DNA of 64,000 bases. Origin: Bdellovibrionales bacterium. GTDB taxonomy: Bacteria > Bdellovibrionota > Bdellovibrionia > Bdellovibrionales > UBA1609. Made by a program: the position numbers and the translations under genes. Shown piece by piece: positions 18,267-28,753 of this stretch. The notes under the pieces were generated by a model. The model saw nothing but the letters and a program-made list of their open reading frames with translations, made no database searches and was not told the origin of the DNA. Position 1 is the stretch's first letter. Each line of letters begins with the position of its first letter. The stretch spans positions 5,646 through 69,645 of the forward strand of contig JAPPLG010000028.1 of NCBI GenBank assembly GCA_028819545.1. Direction: 5' to 3'.

Positions 18267-19127
18267 TTAAAAACTCAAATAAAAAGAGATCATTTTTTGG
18301 TCCAGGAAGGGTACAGAGAGAAAAACCAGAAGGCTGATATTTAACCATGAGAAAAAAGGAAGCCAGTTTTTTTGTCGATAAAAACAATAATATTCAAAAA
18401 GAATTTTTAAACATAAAGGCAGGGCAATAATCAGATAAATAAAACTTGTGTTAAGAAATAAAGGAGCTAGTAGGGCCAAACCTACATAAGACAAGGTGTA
18501 AAGGCCAATATGAAAAAAAGTTTTATCTTCTCCAAAATAAATAGGCAAAACAGGTATTTTTGCCTGGGAATAGTCTTTTTTATAGTGAAAAGCCAAGGAC
18601 CAAAAGTGGGGGATTTGCCATAAGAACATAATAAGAAATAAATAGCCGCATTCAATAGATAAAATAGAAGAGGTATTAGCGGAGTAGCCAATCACTACGG
18701 GCATAGCTCCGGGGATAGCTCCAAAAAATACAGCTCCGTAGGGATATTTTTTCTTCCACCTTAGGGTATAAAAAAAGTTATAAAGTAAAATTGTTATGAC
18801 AGCGAGGAGTACAGATAAGATATTTACATACATAAGAAGAAAAAGTCCCAGGAGAACTGATAACCACCCTAAAATACGAGCAGCATCAGGGGAAACAACC
18901 CCTTTGGGAATAGGGCGGTTTTTAGTGCGGTTCATTTGAGAGTCCAGCAGATGTTCACTGGCTTGATTTAAAATAAAACTGCCACTGCTGACCCAGTAAA
19001 TACCGGCAATTAAAAAGCACAGAACAGAATAAGAAAAATTAGGCCCCAGGATATATCCAAGTAAGGTTGTTAATAAAACCAGAAAGACAATACCAAATTT
19101 ACTTAATTTTAAATAATTTTTTATCAT
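18267..19127 (-). CDS. ctaB: protoheme IX farnesyltransferase (heme O synthase)
   Basis: UbiA-family membrane protein with D..MNRTKNRPIP. Adjacent to the oxidase genes. Confidence 0.9.
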   Translation of the reverse strand: MIKNYLKLSKFGIVFLVLLTTLLGYILGPNFSYSVLCFLIAGIYWVSSGSFILNQASEHLLDSQMNRTKNRPIPKGVVSPDAARILGWLSVLLGLFLLMYVNILSVLLAVITILLYNFFYTLRWKKKYPYGAVFFGAIPGAMPVVIGYSANTSSILSIECGYLFLIMFLWQIPHFWSLAFHYKKDYSQAKIPVLPIYFGEDKTFFHIGLYTLSYVGLALLAPLFLNTSFIYLIIALPLCLKILFEYYCFYRQKNWLPFFSWLNISLLVFLSVPFLDQKMISFYLSF

Positions 19128-19141
19128 TACCTTTTAGTCTT

Positions 19142-19438
19142 TTACAAAACACTTTTTTCTACAACACGTGTGATAATATCGAAGCTGGAAAATAAGAAAA
19201 TAATTGCAAGAAAAAATACTCCAACAAGAAAAATCACAAGATAAGACTTATCATCATATTTTAAATGCATAAAGTACATTAATACTAAAGCGGCTTTAAA
19301 TGTGGCAATTCCCATAGAAATAATTAAGTTAAAAACTCCAAAATCTACGAGAGAGACCAAAACTGTAACTACCGTTAGTGCAATAAGCACTAAAATAACG
19401 TTAAAATAAGTTTTAAATGGTACAATATGATCAGACAT
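19142..19438 (-). CDS. ctaF: cytochrome c oxidase subunit IV (small caa3-type subunit)
   Basis: 98-aa three-helix membrane protein directly downstream of subunit III. The N-terminus HIVPFKTYFNVILVLIALTVVTV is typical of this family. Confidence 0.75.
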   Translation of the reverse strand: MSDHIVPFKTYFNVILVLIALTVVTVLVSLVDFGVFNLIISMGIATFKAALVLMYFMHLKYDDKSYLVIFLVGVFFLAIIFLFSSFDIITRVVEKSVL

Positions 19439-19458
19439 TTCCTTTTCTCCTTATCTTT

Positions 19459-20088
19459 TTACTCTACCAAATAGAGTAGGGGAAATAAATAAATCCAGAT
19501 GAGATCCACCAAGTGCCAAAAGAGCCCAACGCATTCCAAAGGTAAAACGTAACCCGGGCCAAAATGCTTTTTATGGGAGCGAATAATCAGCCAAAAAATC
19601 AAAGCCAGACCCGCTAAAACGTGAGAACCATGAAGACCTGTCATGGAGAAATAAAAAGAAAAATAAAGTCCCAGGTTTTCACTTCCGGCATGAGAAAAAA
19701 GTTCGCCCGGCAACAACCCGTCATGAATTTTATGGGAATATTCAAAATACTTTACGACCATAAAAATCACACCGCAAAGAAAAGTGATCCATAAACACAT
19801 AGTGGAATATGTAAGTTTTTCTTTTTGTGCATAATAGATGCTTAAAGCCATTGTAAAAGAGCTTAAAAGAAGGACCAGGGTGTTTAAGGAGCCTAGTTTC
19901 CAATCCAGGAATTTGGAACCTGCTAGAAAAATCTCAGGGTATTGATTATGATAAATAGCATAAGCAACAAAAAGCCCTCCGAACATTAATATTTCTGTGC
20001 ATAGAAAAATCCATAAACCAAGTTTGCTGGCTGAAGCTTCATGAGAAGCATCCCTAAAATGGTGAGCGGCGTGATGTTTAACGTTCAT
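19459..20088 (-). CDS. ctaE: cytochrome c oxidase subunit III
   Basis: Polytopic protein with conserved [13 protein letters not shown] and FWHLVDLIW motifs. Confidence 0.9.
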   Translation of the reverse strand: MNVKHHAAHHFRDASHEASASKLGLWIFLCTEILMFGGLFVAYAIYHNQYPEIFLAGSKFLDWKLGSLNTLVLLLSSFTMALSIYYAQKEKLTYSTMCLWITFLCGVIFMVVKYFEYSHKIHDGLLPGELFSHAGSENLGLYFSFYFSMTGLHGSHVLAGLALIFWLIIRSHKKHFGPGYVLPLECVGLFWHLVDLIWIYLFPLLYLVE

Positions 20089-21643
20089 AAGGACCTCTTG
20101 TCACTTCCGGTTGCTTTTCAAAATTTTCATGAATAGGAGGGGACTGGGTCTGCCATTCTAAAGTACGTCCATCCCAGGGATTGTCAGGAGCTTTTTTGCC
20201 TTTTAATAAGGAATGGATAATGGCAATAAGAACTAAAAGAAATCCAGCTGAAATCAGCCAGGAGCCGACAGTTGAAATTTGATTAAGGGTTTCGTAAGGT
20301 TTGATGTAATCATAATATCTTCGAGGCATTCCTTGTGTTCCGGCAAAAAATAAAGGGAAAAACGTTACGTTAAAACCTAAAAAGATAAGAGCAAAAGCTG
20401 TACGCCCTAAAAGTTCGCTATACATTTTACCGAACATTTTTGGAAACCAGTAAAATATGGCGCCTACCAAAGGAAATAAAGTTCCCCCCACCATCACGTA
20501 GTGAAAATGCGCCACAACATAATAAGTGTCGTGAACATGGACGTCTAAAGCGAGTGTGGCTAAAACAATCCCCGTCATTCCTCCAATAAGAAAGACAAAA
20601 ATAAAACCTAGGGCATAGAGAAAAGGAGTTTCAAAACTTAAAGATCCTTTATACATAGTACTGACCCAGTTGAAAACTTTAATGGCTGTAGGAACACCTA
20701 CAAGCATTGTGATGATTGAGAATAAAAAATTAGCGGCATCAGACTGTCCGCTGACAAACATATGATGCCCCCAAACAAAAAAACTAACCAAAGCAATACC
20801 AACACTGGAAAAAGCAATAGCTTTATAGCCGAAAATGTTATTTCTTGAAAATGTTGCCATCAGCTCACTGACAATCCCCATAGCTGGTAAAATCATAATG
20901 TACACAGCCGGGTGGGAATAAAACCAAAAGAAATGTTGAAATAAGACAGGATCTCCACCAAGTTTTGGGTCGAAAATACCAATGCCAAACATTCTTTCCA
21001 AGGTGAGAAGAAGTAAAGTAATAGCTAAAACCGGTGTGGCTAAAACCTGAATCACTGCTGTGGAATAAATTCCCCAGACAAAAAGGGGCATTTTGAAAAA
21101 TCCCATTCCTGGAGCTCTTAATTTATGAACAGTTACAATAAAATTCAGTCCGGTTAAAATAGATGAAAATCCCATAATAAAGGCTCCGACAACCACCCAT
21201 ATCGTTCCATTATCTGTTCGAATGCTGTAAGGAGTGTAAAAAGTCCATCCTGTATCTACACCTCCTGTGACAACAGAGACAATAGCCACAAGAGCTCCTG
21301 TCATTAAAAGATACCAGCTCAACAGGTTTAATCGCGGGAAAGCAACATCTTTTGCTCCTATTTGTAAAGGAAGAAAAAAGTTTCCAAAAATAGCTGGAAC
21401 ACCTGGAATAATCACCATAAACACCATCATTACTCCATGGAGAGTCATTATTTGATTATAGGCTTCGGGACCCATAATTGTTTCTCCAACAGTAAAAAGC
21501 TCAAGACGCAGGAGAAGGGCAAAAATCCCTCCGATAAAGAAAAATGTTAAAACAGAAAATAAATAAAGCAGACCTATACGTTTATGATCCAAAGTGGAAA
21601 GCCATGACCATAAACCTGTTTTTTCATTTAAGTAATTTTTCAC
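20078..21643 (-). CDS. ctaD: cytochrome c oxidase subunit I
   Basis: Heme-copper oxidase signatures [34 protein letters not shown]. Confidence 0.95.
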   Translation of the reverse strand: MKNYLNEKTGLWSWLSTLDHKRIGLLYLFSVLTFFFIGGIFALLLRLELFTVGETIMGPEAYNQIMTLHGVMMVFMVIIPGVPAIFGNFFLPLQIGAKDVAFPRLNLLSWYLLMTGALVAIVSVVTGGVDTGWTFYTPYSIRTDNGTIWVVVGAFIMGFSSILTGLNFIVTVHKLRAPGMGFFKMPLFVWGIYSTAVIQVLATPVLAITLLLLTLERMFGIGIFDPKLGGDPVLFQHFFWFYSHPAVYIMILPAMGIVSELMATFSRNNIFGYKAIAFSSVGIALVSFFVWGHHMFVSGQSDAANFLFSIITMLVGVPTAIKVFNWVSTMYKGSLSFETPFLYALGFIFVFLIGGMTGIVLATLALDVHVHDTYYVVAHFHYVMVGGTLFPLVGAIFYWFPKMFGKMYSELLGRTAFALIFLGFNVTFFPLFFAGTQGMPRRYYDYIKPYETLNQISTVGSWLISAGFLLVLIAIIHSLLKGKKAPDNPWDGRTLEWQTQSPPIHENFEKQPEVTRGPYER

Positions 21644-21650
21644 TGATACC

Positions 21651-22625
21651 TCACTTTTCTGGTTTTAATGATTTAATGTATTCCACAAGACCTGTCATTT
21701 CTTCTTCTTGAAGAAGTCCTGCAAAAGGAGTCATTTGATCTGGAAAATCTTTAACAATTCGGACTGAAGGGTTTAATATGGATTCTCGAATATAATTTTC
21801 GTCTGCTGTTAAACTGTCTTGTTCTTCAAAATGTCGAACAGAACCAAATATTCCGGCCAATCCTGGTCCAATCATTTTTTGTGTAGTGGTTTGATGGCAG
21901 GCTGTACACCTTCCTCTAAAAACTTTCTGTCCTATTTCCACCATACTGAGACCTTCATAGGGATCAGTGGAAATCCACTTTTCCCAGTCCTCTAAAGACA
22001 TCACGTGAACTTTGGACAACATGCTGTAATGTCCGGTTCCACAATATTCTGTGCAAAATATATTAAAGAGGCCTTTTCTTGTGGCTTTAAACCAAAGAGC
22101 TGTATATCTGTTTGGCAGAACATCTTGTTTGATTCGAAAAGCGGGGACATAAAAACTATGAATAACATCCCGGCTGGTCATAATTAATTTTACAGGAGTA
22201 TTGACAGGAACATAAAGAGCTTCAGCTGTTTTTCTTCCGTTTTTATACACATAATCCCAGTTCCACATTTGTCCGTAAACGTGAATTTCCAAAGCATTTT
22301 TATAAGGAGTTCGCATTTTATCATAGACCAGCCAGCCCCATGCGAACATGAACATAAAGATAAAGAAAGGAATAATACTCCAGGTCCATTCCAGCCAGGC
22401 ATTGTGGTGAACAGTGGCTGTAGCTTGTGAATTATTTTTTCTTCTGTAAAGAACAGCAAATAAAATAAAAGCGCCTACAATAAGAAGTCCGCACCCCAAG
22501 CTTAATACATGTATAAAATAGTACATTTGATCCACTTCTGTGGAGATGGGTGTTGCAGGGCTTGGAAAAGCACTGGAGAATGCTGAAAGAGGAAGTAATA
22601 ATAGGAAGATGAAAATATAAATCAT
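21651..22625 (-). CDS. ctaC: cytochrome c oxidase subunit II with fused C-terminal cytochrome c domain (caa3 type)
   Basis: CuA site [12 protein letters not shown] and C-terminal heme-binding CTACH. The ORF extends to 22673, but ATG 22625 forms an ATGA overlap with the SCO1 stop and gives a signal-like N-terminus ([17 protein letters not shown]). Confidence 0.9.
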   Translation of the reverse strand: MIYIFIFLLLLPLSAFSSAFPSPATPISTEVDQMYYFIHVLSLGCGLLIVGAFILFAVLYRRKNNSQATATVHHNAWLEWTWSIIPFFIFMFMFAWGWLVYDKMRTPYKNALEIHVYGQMWNWDYVYKNGRKTAEALYVPVNTPVKLIMTSRDVIHSFYVPAFRIKQDVLPNRYTALWFKATRKGLFNIFCTEYCGTGHYSMLSKVHVMSLEDWEKWISTDPYEGLSMVEIGQKVFRGRCTACHQTTTQKMIGPGLAGIFGSVRHFEEQDSLTADENYIRESILNPSVRIVKDFPDQMTPFAGLLQEEEMTGLVEYIKSLKPEK

Positions 22626-23446
22626 GGCTGTCCCTGTTTTTTTATTCGCACCCATGCAGGAATGAGCAAACATAAAATAAGAATAACAGTTAAGAGTCCG
22701 CCTGCTCTCATTACATTGTATGCATAAATGGTGTAGCGATTTTTTCTTGGGTCAAACTGGAAGCAAAATAATAAAATACGTTCAATGAGACCTCCAATCC
22801 GGCCTTGAGAAGCTTCCACTAAAGACAGTTTTAAAGTTTTGGTTTCCATTTCCACTCCATAGAGATAACGGGAAATTTGTCCTGCTGGGGTTAATACATA
22901 AGCTACAGGCAGATGGGCAAACTGTTTTTGTTCTTCATTCCATCGAAATTTAAATCCAACCTGCCGACTGATTTTTTTTATAGGTTTTTCCCTGCCTGTT
23001 AGGAAGTGTAAATTTTCTGGTGTGGGTAATTGATATTGTTTTATGTAGTTTGCTTTTTTAGCTTTAGCCAAAGAAGGGCGTTCACTATGATCCATACTTA
23101 AAGCGACAAATTCAAAATCATCTGCGATATCCAGGCCTTTCATTCCCTGCATCAAGCCATTAAGATGAAGCTGGCAGAGGTTGGGGCATTTATAATAGAT
23201 AATTGTAAATAAAACAGGTTTATTTTGGTTAAAATAGCGGCCTATTTTTACTCTCTGACCTTCTTCATTTGAAAATTCCAAATCAAGATCAATGAACTCT
23301 CCAAGTTTTTCAGTAATATTAATTCCCCTTAATTCATGAGGAACTTCAGAAGCTTTTAGGTTTCGAGTGGTATCATAGGCTATGGATTGTTGAACTAAAC
23401 ATCCCATTAAAATAGTAAATAAGAATCTTGATGAATTACTTAGCAT
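22622..23446 (-). CDS. SCO1/SenC-family copper chaperone
   Basis: Thioredoxin-like CPNLC motif (YYKCPNLCQ), conserved downstream His (FAHLP), C-terminal membrane anchor. Start is ATG 23446 (or TTG 23455). Confidence 0.85.
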   Translation of the reverse strand: MLSNSSRFLFTILMGCLVQQSIAYDTTRNLKASEVPHELRGINITEKLGEFIDLDLEFSNEEGQRVKIGRYFNQNKPVLFTIIYYKCPNLCQLHLNGLMQGMKGLDIADDFEFVALSMDHSERPSLAKAKKANYIKQYQLPTPENLHFLTGREKPIKKISRQVGFKFRWNEEQKQFAHLPVAYVLTPAGQISRYLYGVEMETKTLKLSLVEASQGRIGGLIERILLFCFQFDPRKNRYTIYAYNVMRAGGLLTVILILCLLIPAWVRIKKQGQP

Positions 23447-23948
23447 TTGTGGCAAATTCCTTTGTTTGAACAGGGTCGTCGGGAACAGGATTTTTTGTTA
23501 GAGAGCGGACGAAATGTACAAGAGCCCATCTTTCGAGTTTTGGAATGTGAGCGAAGGAAGCCATGGAGGTTCCTTCAGAACCTTCAGTAATTACTTTGAA
23601 TAAATCAATACTGCCCCCTCCGTATTTCCAGTCTCCTTCAAAAAAGTCTCTTGGCGGCGGTTTTAACCCTCTTCCTGCCACTCCATCCCCCCGGCCGGCT
23701 GTTCCATGACAAAGAGCACAGTAAGTCGCATACACCTCAGCTCCTTTTTGCACCATCAGCTCTCCACTCACCCAGTATTCTTCCACCTGACTTATATCCA
23801 CACTGCCTATGATGACAGGTGGAATATTGGTTTCTTCTCCCAAATCTACAGGGACTTGTACAATCATAAAGTATAAGATCCAGACAACACTGAAGGATAC
23901 AGTGGTGATGAGAACAATCCACCCCCATTTATTATATGAATCAGACAC
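23436..23948 (-). CDS. membrane-anchored c-type cytochrome
   Basis: N-terminal TM helix and CALCHG heme-binding motif. First gene of the oxidase cluster. Confidence 0.8.
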   Translation of the reverse strand: MSDSYNKWGWIVLITTVSFSVVWILYFMIVQVPVDLGEETNIPPVIIGSVDISQVEEYWVSGELMVQKGAEVYATYCALCHGTAGRGDGVAGRGLKPPPRDFFEGDWKYGGGSIDLFKVITEGSEGTSMASFAHIPKLERWALVHFVRSLTKNPVPDDPVQTKEFATNAK

Positions 23949-24171
23949 TCTCTATTCCTTTTTAAAAAAGAAGCAAAGGTAACAACTTCTCTTTATTTAA
24001 TACGATCAAACATCTTAAGAGAAGCTATTTTTTGCTTCATTATTTATGTGTAAATTGGAGTTTTTAACATATACCGGCCATTTTCAAATGTCCACTATCA
24101 AAATACCTATATTTTTTGTTTCTTGAGCTTAGAGGATTTTGGTCAGTGTAAAATCAGTTTCACCTTATCTC

Positions 24172-24900
24172 TTATTCTGTCAATGTGGACTTTTGTGTCC
24201 AATGAATTTTCACAGATAAAGGGGAGAGCTTTCTTACCAAATACACCATTTGAACTGCACTGAGATTATTTATGGTCAAGGTGTTGTTAGAGGGTTGATT
24301 GGGGCAGTCTAGTCTTACTCGAGGACTTTTTAAAATATGGCGGATTTTATCAAACACAGCTTTGGAAGAAATTTCATTGATGTGCAAATAATAAGTAAAG
24401 TGATTTTTTTGATTGTGGACATTTCCAAAATCCAGGATGTTGGATAGGTTGTCAGATTCTTGAGATGACGGATTTTCTTCTGCCGAAAAAGAAGGTTGTG
24501 AAAAACTTTCCTGAACTGGATTCCCGCTCCTGTCTTTGCTAGGGGTAAGTTCTCCTTGAGAATGAAGTGTGTCTTGAGGGTGGTGTTCTCCATGGGCGTG
24601 GTTTTCCTCTTGGAGATGATGTTCGCCCTGAGCTGGGAAAGGAGGTGTATCGGTCGAAATAGGGGGTTCTGGAAAATCTTCTGGAACTGGATTCCCGCCT
24701 TCGTGGGAATGACGCTCTTCTTGGGAAGCTTCTGGTTGTTGCGGCTTCTGCTCATAATGTGTAGAGGTATTTTCATTTGGTGCTTTTAAAAGTTTAAGTT
24801 CATTATTTTCTAATTGTAGAGAAGCTCCACAGGCTGTACAGTCAAAAAATTCCCATAAATCAGGTGCTTCAATTTGGTTTTGGCAATGAGGGCATTCCAT
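24172..24900 (-). CDS. hypothetical protein: N-terminal zinc ribbon, His/Pro/Glu-rich repetitive linker, C-terminal globular domain
   Basis: CPHC...CTAC ribbon in the first 25 aa. Internal repeats (GNPVPEDFPEPP / GNPVQESFSQP; HHLQEENHAHGEHHPQD). No strong SD. Lies downstream of secA on the same strand. Confidence 0.55.
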   Translation of the reverse strand: MECPHCQNQIEAPDLWEFFDCTACGASLQLENNELKLLKAPNENTSTHYEQKPQQPEASQEERHSHEGGNPVPEDFPEPPISTDTPPFPAQGEHHLQEENHAHGEHHPQDTLHSQGELTPSKDRSGNPVQESFSQPSFSAEENPSSQESDNLSNILDFGNVHNQKNHFTYYLHINEISSKAVFDKIRHILKSPRVRLDCPNQPSNNTLTINNLSAVQMVYLVRKLSPLSVKIHWTQKSTLTE

Positions 24901-24945
24901 AATTGGATAGTATATGGTTTTTTTGCTCTTTCAGGTAGATAATTT

Positions 24946-27606
24946 TTAGATTTTAATTTTACGTTTCTTTTTGGACTGCATCCTTCTTTGAGCCCGATTT
25001 AACTGTGATCTTTCTTCGGAGGTATTGCCTTGATTATAAGAAAGAGCTCTTTGTTTTCTAAGCGCCTCTTCCCTGGCCATTTGCAGGTTTTGCCAATTAT
25101 TGTCAGGGGAATCTCCATCACTGTAGTCCAGCTGTTCTTCGTTGTAATGAGGGGATATATCGTAATTGGTGGATTCAGAGATTTGTATTTTAAATAGTTT
25201 TTCAATACATTCATTGGCAATCTGTTGATTGACTGTTTCAAAAAGACTGAAGGCTTCTTTTTTATATTCAATAAGAGGATCTTTTTGTGCATACCCTCTT
25301 AAATTGATGCCCTCTTTCAGGTAGTCAATGTTTTCCAGGTGTTCTTTCCATAAAGAATCAATTGTTTGAAGCAGAATAAATTGAACCACAGAAGAAAAGT
25401 GTCGACCAAGCTCTTCCTTTTTCCTGTCATAGGCTTGTTTCACTCCTTCCTGTACTTGTTGTGTAATAACATCTGCACTGTCTGCATTTGAAAATTCAAG
25501 AGAAATACCAAAACTTTTAAGTAAAGACTGAGATAAGTTTTTTAAATCCCAGAGTTCTTTTTTAACGTTTTCATTAACAAAAGAATCCAGTAAATCAGAG
25601 GTCACATCACTGAGATAATCCAGGATCATTCTTTCTAAAGATTCCACACGAAGGATTTTTCTTCTCAGTGTATAAATAGCTGTCCTTTGTTGGTTCATAA
25701 CATCATCGTAGTCTAAAAGATGTTTTCTAATACTGAAGTTATGCCCTTCCACTTTTCTTTGTGCGCTGGCGACAGCACGACTGACCATTCGATCTGTAAT
25801 GGCTTCATCTTCAGGGATTCTTAAAGTATTCATGATTTTTGTCATACGTTCTCCGCCAAAGATTCTCATTAAATTATCTTCTAAAGAGAGATAAAAGCGG
25901 GAAGCTCCGGGATCTCCTTGTCTTCCGGATCGTCCTCTTAATTGGTTGTCAATTCGTCTGGCTTCATGTCTTTCTGTTCCCACAATATAAAGACCGCCGG
26001 CGGTAAGAACGTCTTTTTTCTCGGCTTCACATATTTTTTGATATTTTTCTAATGTCTCTTTTGGAACGTCTTTGGACTTTGCTTCCGCTTGAGCCAGAAA
26101 CTCGGCATTTCCTCCTAAAACGATATCTGTTCCACGTCCTGCCATATTGGTGGCAATGGTGATTGCTCCTTTTCTACCGGCTTGAGCCACTATTTCCGCT
26201 TCTCTTTCGTGGTGTCTGGCATTGAGTACATTATGGGGCACTTTGGATTGTTTGAGGACTTGTGAAATTTCTTCAGACTTTTCAATACTAATAGTTCCTA
26301 CCAGTACAGGTTGTCCTCTCTTCTGGCAGTCTTTGATATCTTCTATAATATTGTTAAATTTTACTTTTTCTGTTTTATAAATCACGTCTTCTAAATCTTT
26401 TCGTTGGATGGGTTTATTTGTAGGAATAACCATGACATCGAGATTGTAGATTTTTTTAAACTCAACAGCTTCTGTTTCCGCAGTTCCTGTCATACCTGCC
26501 AGTTTGTTGTATTGGCGAAAGTAATTCTGAAATGTAATAGTGGCTAAAGTTTGATTTTCTTTCCTGATTTTCACTCCCTCTTTAGCTTCTATAGCCTGAT
26601 GAAGCCCTTCACTCCACCTACGGCCTGGCATCAGTCTTCCTGTAAATTCATCAACAATCATGATTTCATTGTTTTTCACCATATAATCCACATCTCTTTT
26701 ATAAAGATGATGAGCTTTGAGGGCCTGATAGATGTGGTGCAGGCGGCTGATATTTGAAATGTCATAGAGATTTTTAATTTTTAAAAGTTCTTCAACTTTT
26801 AAATTGCCTTCTTCTGTGAGGGAGACAGTTTTTGATTTTTCTTCCATAGTGAAATGTTTATCGCGCTCCAAAGAGGGGATAATCCGGTTGATTTCCTGAT
26901 ATTTACCGATAGATTCGTCTTTGGGGCCTGAAATAATTAGAGGAGTTCGCGCTTCATCCACTAAAATAGAGTCACACTCATCCACAATAGCGTAGTTTAA
27001 TTCTCTTTGAACGCAATCTTCTGCATTAAATTTCATATTATCTCTAAGATAATCGAAACCAAATTCATTGTTGGTGCCGTAAGTGATATCTTTTCGATAA
27101 GCTTCTTTTCTTTCTTTATCTCCTAAATCGTGAATGATTGTGCCTGTGCTTAGCCCTAAAAAATTATAAACTTGTCCCATCCACTCTGTGTCTCTTTTCG
27201 CCAGGTAATCATTAACGGTGACAACATGAACTCCTTTTCCTCTTAAAGCTTCCAAATATACAGGAAGGGTCGCCACCAGTGTTTTACCCTCTCCGGTTTT
27301 CATCTCGGCAATTCGGCCTTGATAGAGAGCCCAGCCTCCGATGATCTGGACATCATAGTGCCTCATTTTCAACACACGCTTGGAGGCTTCCCGACAAACA
27401 GCAAAAGCAGGGATCAACAAATCATCAGGGTTTTTCCCTTTTTCGATTTGCTCTTTCATCAATCCTGTTTGTGCCTGTAGTTCAGAGTCGCTCATTTGAG
27501 CAAATTGTGGCTCCACATCGTTAACGGCATTTACAATAGGGCGAAGTTGTTTAATTTCCCTCTCATGTTGAGTGCCAAAAATACGAGTTAATAAAGAAGT
27601 TACCAT
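24946..27606 (-). CDS. secA: preprotein translocase ATPase SecA
   Basis: Full-length SecA: MKTGEGKTLVATLP (Walker A), DEVDSILVDEARTPLIIS-like DECDSILVDEARTPLIISG, TNMAGRGTDI, RGRSGRQGDPG. Confidence 0.97.
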   Translation of the reverse strand: MVTSLLTRIFGTQHEREIKQLRPIVNAVNDVEPQFAQMSDSELQAQTGLMKEQIEKGKNPDDLLIPAFAVCREASKRVLKMRHYDVQIIGGWALYQGRIAEMKTGEGKTLVATLPVYLEALRGKGVHVVTVNDYLAKRDTEWMGQVYNFLGLSTGTIIHDLGDKERKEAYRKDITYGTNNEFGFDYLRDNMKFNAEDCVQRELNYAIVDECDSILVDEARTPLIISGPKDESIGKYQEINRIIPSLERDKHFTMEEKSKTVSLTEEGNLKVEELLKIKNLYDISNISRLHHIYQALKAHHLYKRDVDYMVKNNEIMIVDEFTGRLMPGRRWSEGLHQAIEAKEGVKIRKENQTLATITFQNYFRQYNKLAGMTGTAETEAVEFKKIYNLDVMVIPTNKPIQRKDLEDVIYKTEKVKFNNIIEDIKDCQKRGQPVLVGTISIEKSEEISQVLKQSKVPHNVLNARHHEREAEIVAQAGRKGAITIATNMAGRGTDIVLGGNAEFLAQAEAKSKDVPKETLEKYQKICEAEKKDVLTAGGLYIVGTERHEARRIDNQLRGRSGRQGDPGASRFYLSLEDNLMRIFGGERMTKIMNTLRIPEDEAITDRMVSRAVASAQRKVEGHNFSIRKHLLDYDDVMNQQRTAIYTLRRKILRVESLERMILDYLSDVTSDLLDSFVNENVKKELWDLKNLSQSLLKSFGISLEFSNADSADVITQQVQEGVKQAYDRKKEELGRHFSSVVQFILLQTIDSLWKEHLENIDYLKEGINLRGYAQKDPLIEYKKEAFSLFETVNQQIANECIEKLFKIQISESTNYDISPHYNEEQLDYSDGDSPDNNWQNLQMAREEALRKQRALSYNQGNTSEERSQLNRAQRRMQSKKKRKIKI

Positions 27607-27641
27607 AGTTTGCTCAGATTACATGAAAGAAACATCATGCT

Positions 27642-28106
27642 TCAAGATTTGATTGAGTATGAGTGCTGACGGATAGCTTCATATAATACAATAGCAACAG
27701 CATTGGAAAGATTTAAACTTCTGGCAGACTCAGACATGGGGATTTTAAAGCAATGTTTTGAGTTGGAGTCTAATATTTTTTGACCCAGCCCTTTTGTTTC
27801 AGAGCCGAAAACAAGACAGTCTTGGTCTTGAAATTGGTGATCGTACAGATTTCTCTTTGCTTTTGTTGAAAAGAAATAACGGGAAAAACCTGAAAACTTT
27901 TGCTCCCATTCTTTATAGTCTTTGTAGATCGTATACTGTAAATGGGTCCAATAATCCAAGCCTGCTCGTTTCAACTGTTTGTCGCTTAAATCAAAGCCTA
28001 GGGGTTCTATAAGGTGAAGGTGTGCATTGGTGTTAACGCATAAACGTCCAATATTTCCGGTGTTTGAAGGTATTTCAGGATGTACAAGCACCACATGAAA
28101 TTTCAT
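27642..28106 (-). CDS. trmL: tRNA (cytidine/uridine-34 2'-O)-methyltransferase, SpoU/TrmL type
   Basis: 154 aa. N-terminus MKFHVVLVHPEIPSNTGNIGRLC and C-terminal SLNLSNAVAIVLYE, typical of TrmL. Confidence 0.85.
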   Translation of the reverse strand: MKFHVVLVHPEIPSNTGNIGRLCVNTNAHLHLIEPLGFDLSDKQLKRAGLDYWTHLQYTIYKDYKEWEQKFSGFSRYFFSTKAKRNLYDHQFQDQDCLVFGSETKGLGQKILDSNSKHCFKIPMSESARSLNLSNAVAIVLYEAIRQHSYSIKS

Positions 28107-28690
28107 TGGGTAAAATCCATTTTATCAATTTGCTGAAAGTCTTTGGGGATTTCTATGTCCCACGAGAAACGAGAAGGGCTTTTATATTCTCTGATTTTTG
28201 CTGAAAACCCCTCTTTTTCAAGTCTTATGCGAATTTGATTTTTCCGGAAAAATTTCTTTTCCCATTCAATAATGGAACTATTTTTACTGCATTTTTTTGT
28301 TTCTTCACAATTCCAGCCGTCTGGAGTTTGTTGCAGTAAAGCTTGGTAGAACCATAGAGGGTTTTGGATGATCCCTTGAAAAGGAAAGTTAGAGGGCCAT
28401 TTGGGCTGTTTAAAGTATTGTTTTCTGGAGGGCAGTAGGATTTGGTGTGTACGGCTATCCCATAAGTATGTTGCAAAAACCCCTCCAAAAGGAGTTAAGA
28501 GGTTTATAAGTAAAACAGGCCGGGTGGAATCTGTGTAGATTTCCACAGGATAGCTCTGTTTATTTTGAGCCTGCTCTACATTGAAATATCCTTTGAAGTA
28601 CAGGATATTTGTTTTTTCAACGGTTTGACAGGACGTTAGAAAAACAACAAAGCAAAGTGCGAAAACTCTTTTCAAGTGTTCTTCTAGCAT
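28103..28690 (-). CDS. hypothetical lipoprotein
   Basis: Lipobox LTSC after a signal peptide. Size and position are compatible with a LolB-like outer-membrane lipoprotein, but I found no diagnostic motif. Confidence 0.55.
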   Translation of the reverse strand: MLEEHLKRVFALCFVVFLTSCQTVEKTNILYFKGYFNVEQAQNKQSYPVEIYTDSTRPVLLINLLTPFGGVFATYLWDSRTHQILLPSRKQYFKQPKWPSNFPFQGIIQNPLWFYQALLQQTPDGWNCEETKKCSKNSSIIEWEKKFFRKNQIRIRLEKEGFSAKIREYKSPSRFSWDIEIPKDFQQIDKMDFTQ

Positions 28691-28753
28691 ATCTATCCAT
28701 TACAATAGGAATACGTTTAAGGCTAGTTTTTAAAGTGTTTGGTGAGTTTCAGC

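Noticed and set aside
24486-24700. ACTGGATTCCCGC repeated inside the 24172-24900 CDS, resembling repeat module A (CTGGATTCCGGA)
   Set aside because: Only a 9-nt word is shared. In the CDS it encodes the repeated GNPVQE/GNPVPE peptide. I treat this as coincidence.
24330-24776. 148-aa alternative-frame ORF and the + strand ORF 24556..24789 inside the zinc-ribbon gene
   Set aside because: Both overlap the repetitive His/Pro-rich region, where all frames stay open. The 242-aa frame has the zinc ribbon and a plausible C-terminal domain.
24946-25020. SecA lacks the C-terminal Cys-rich zinc motif while the next gene starts with a zinc ribbon (split SecA tail?)
   Set aside because: Many SecA proteins naturally lack the zinc-binding tail, and the downstream ribbon has different Cys spacing and context. 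There is no sequence evidence for a split.
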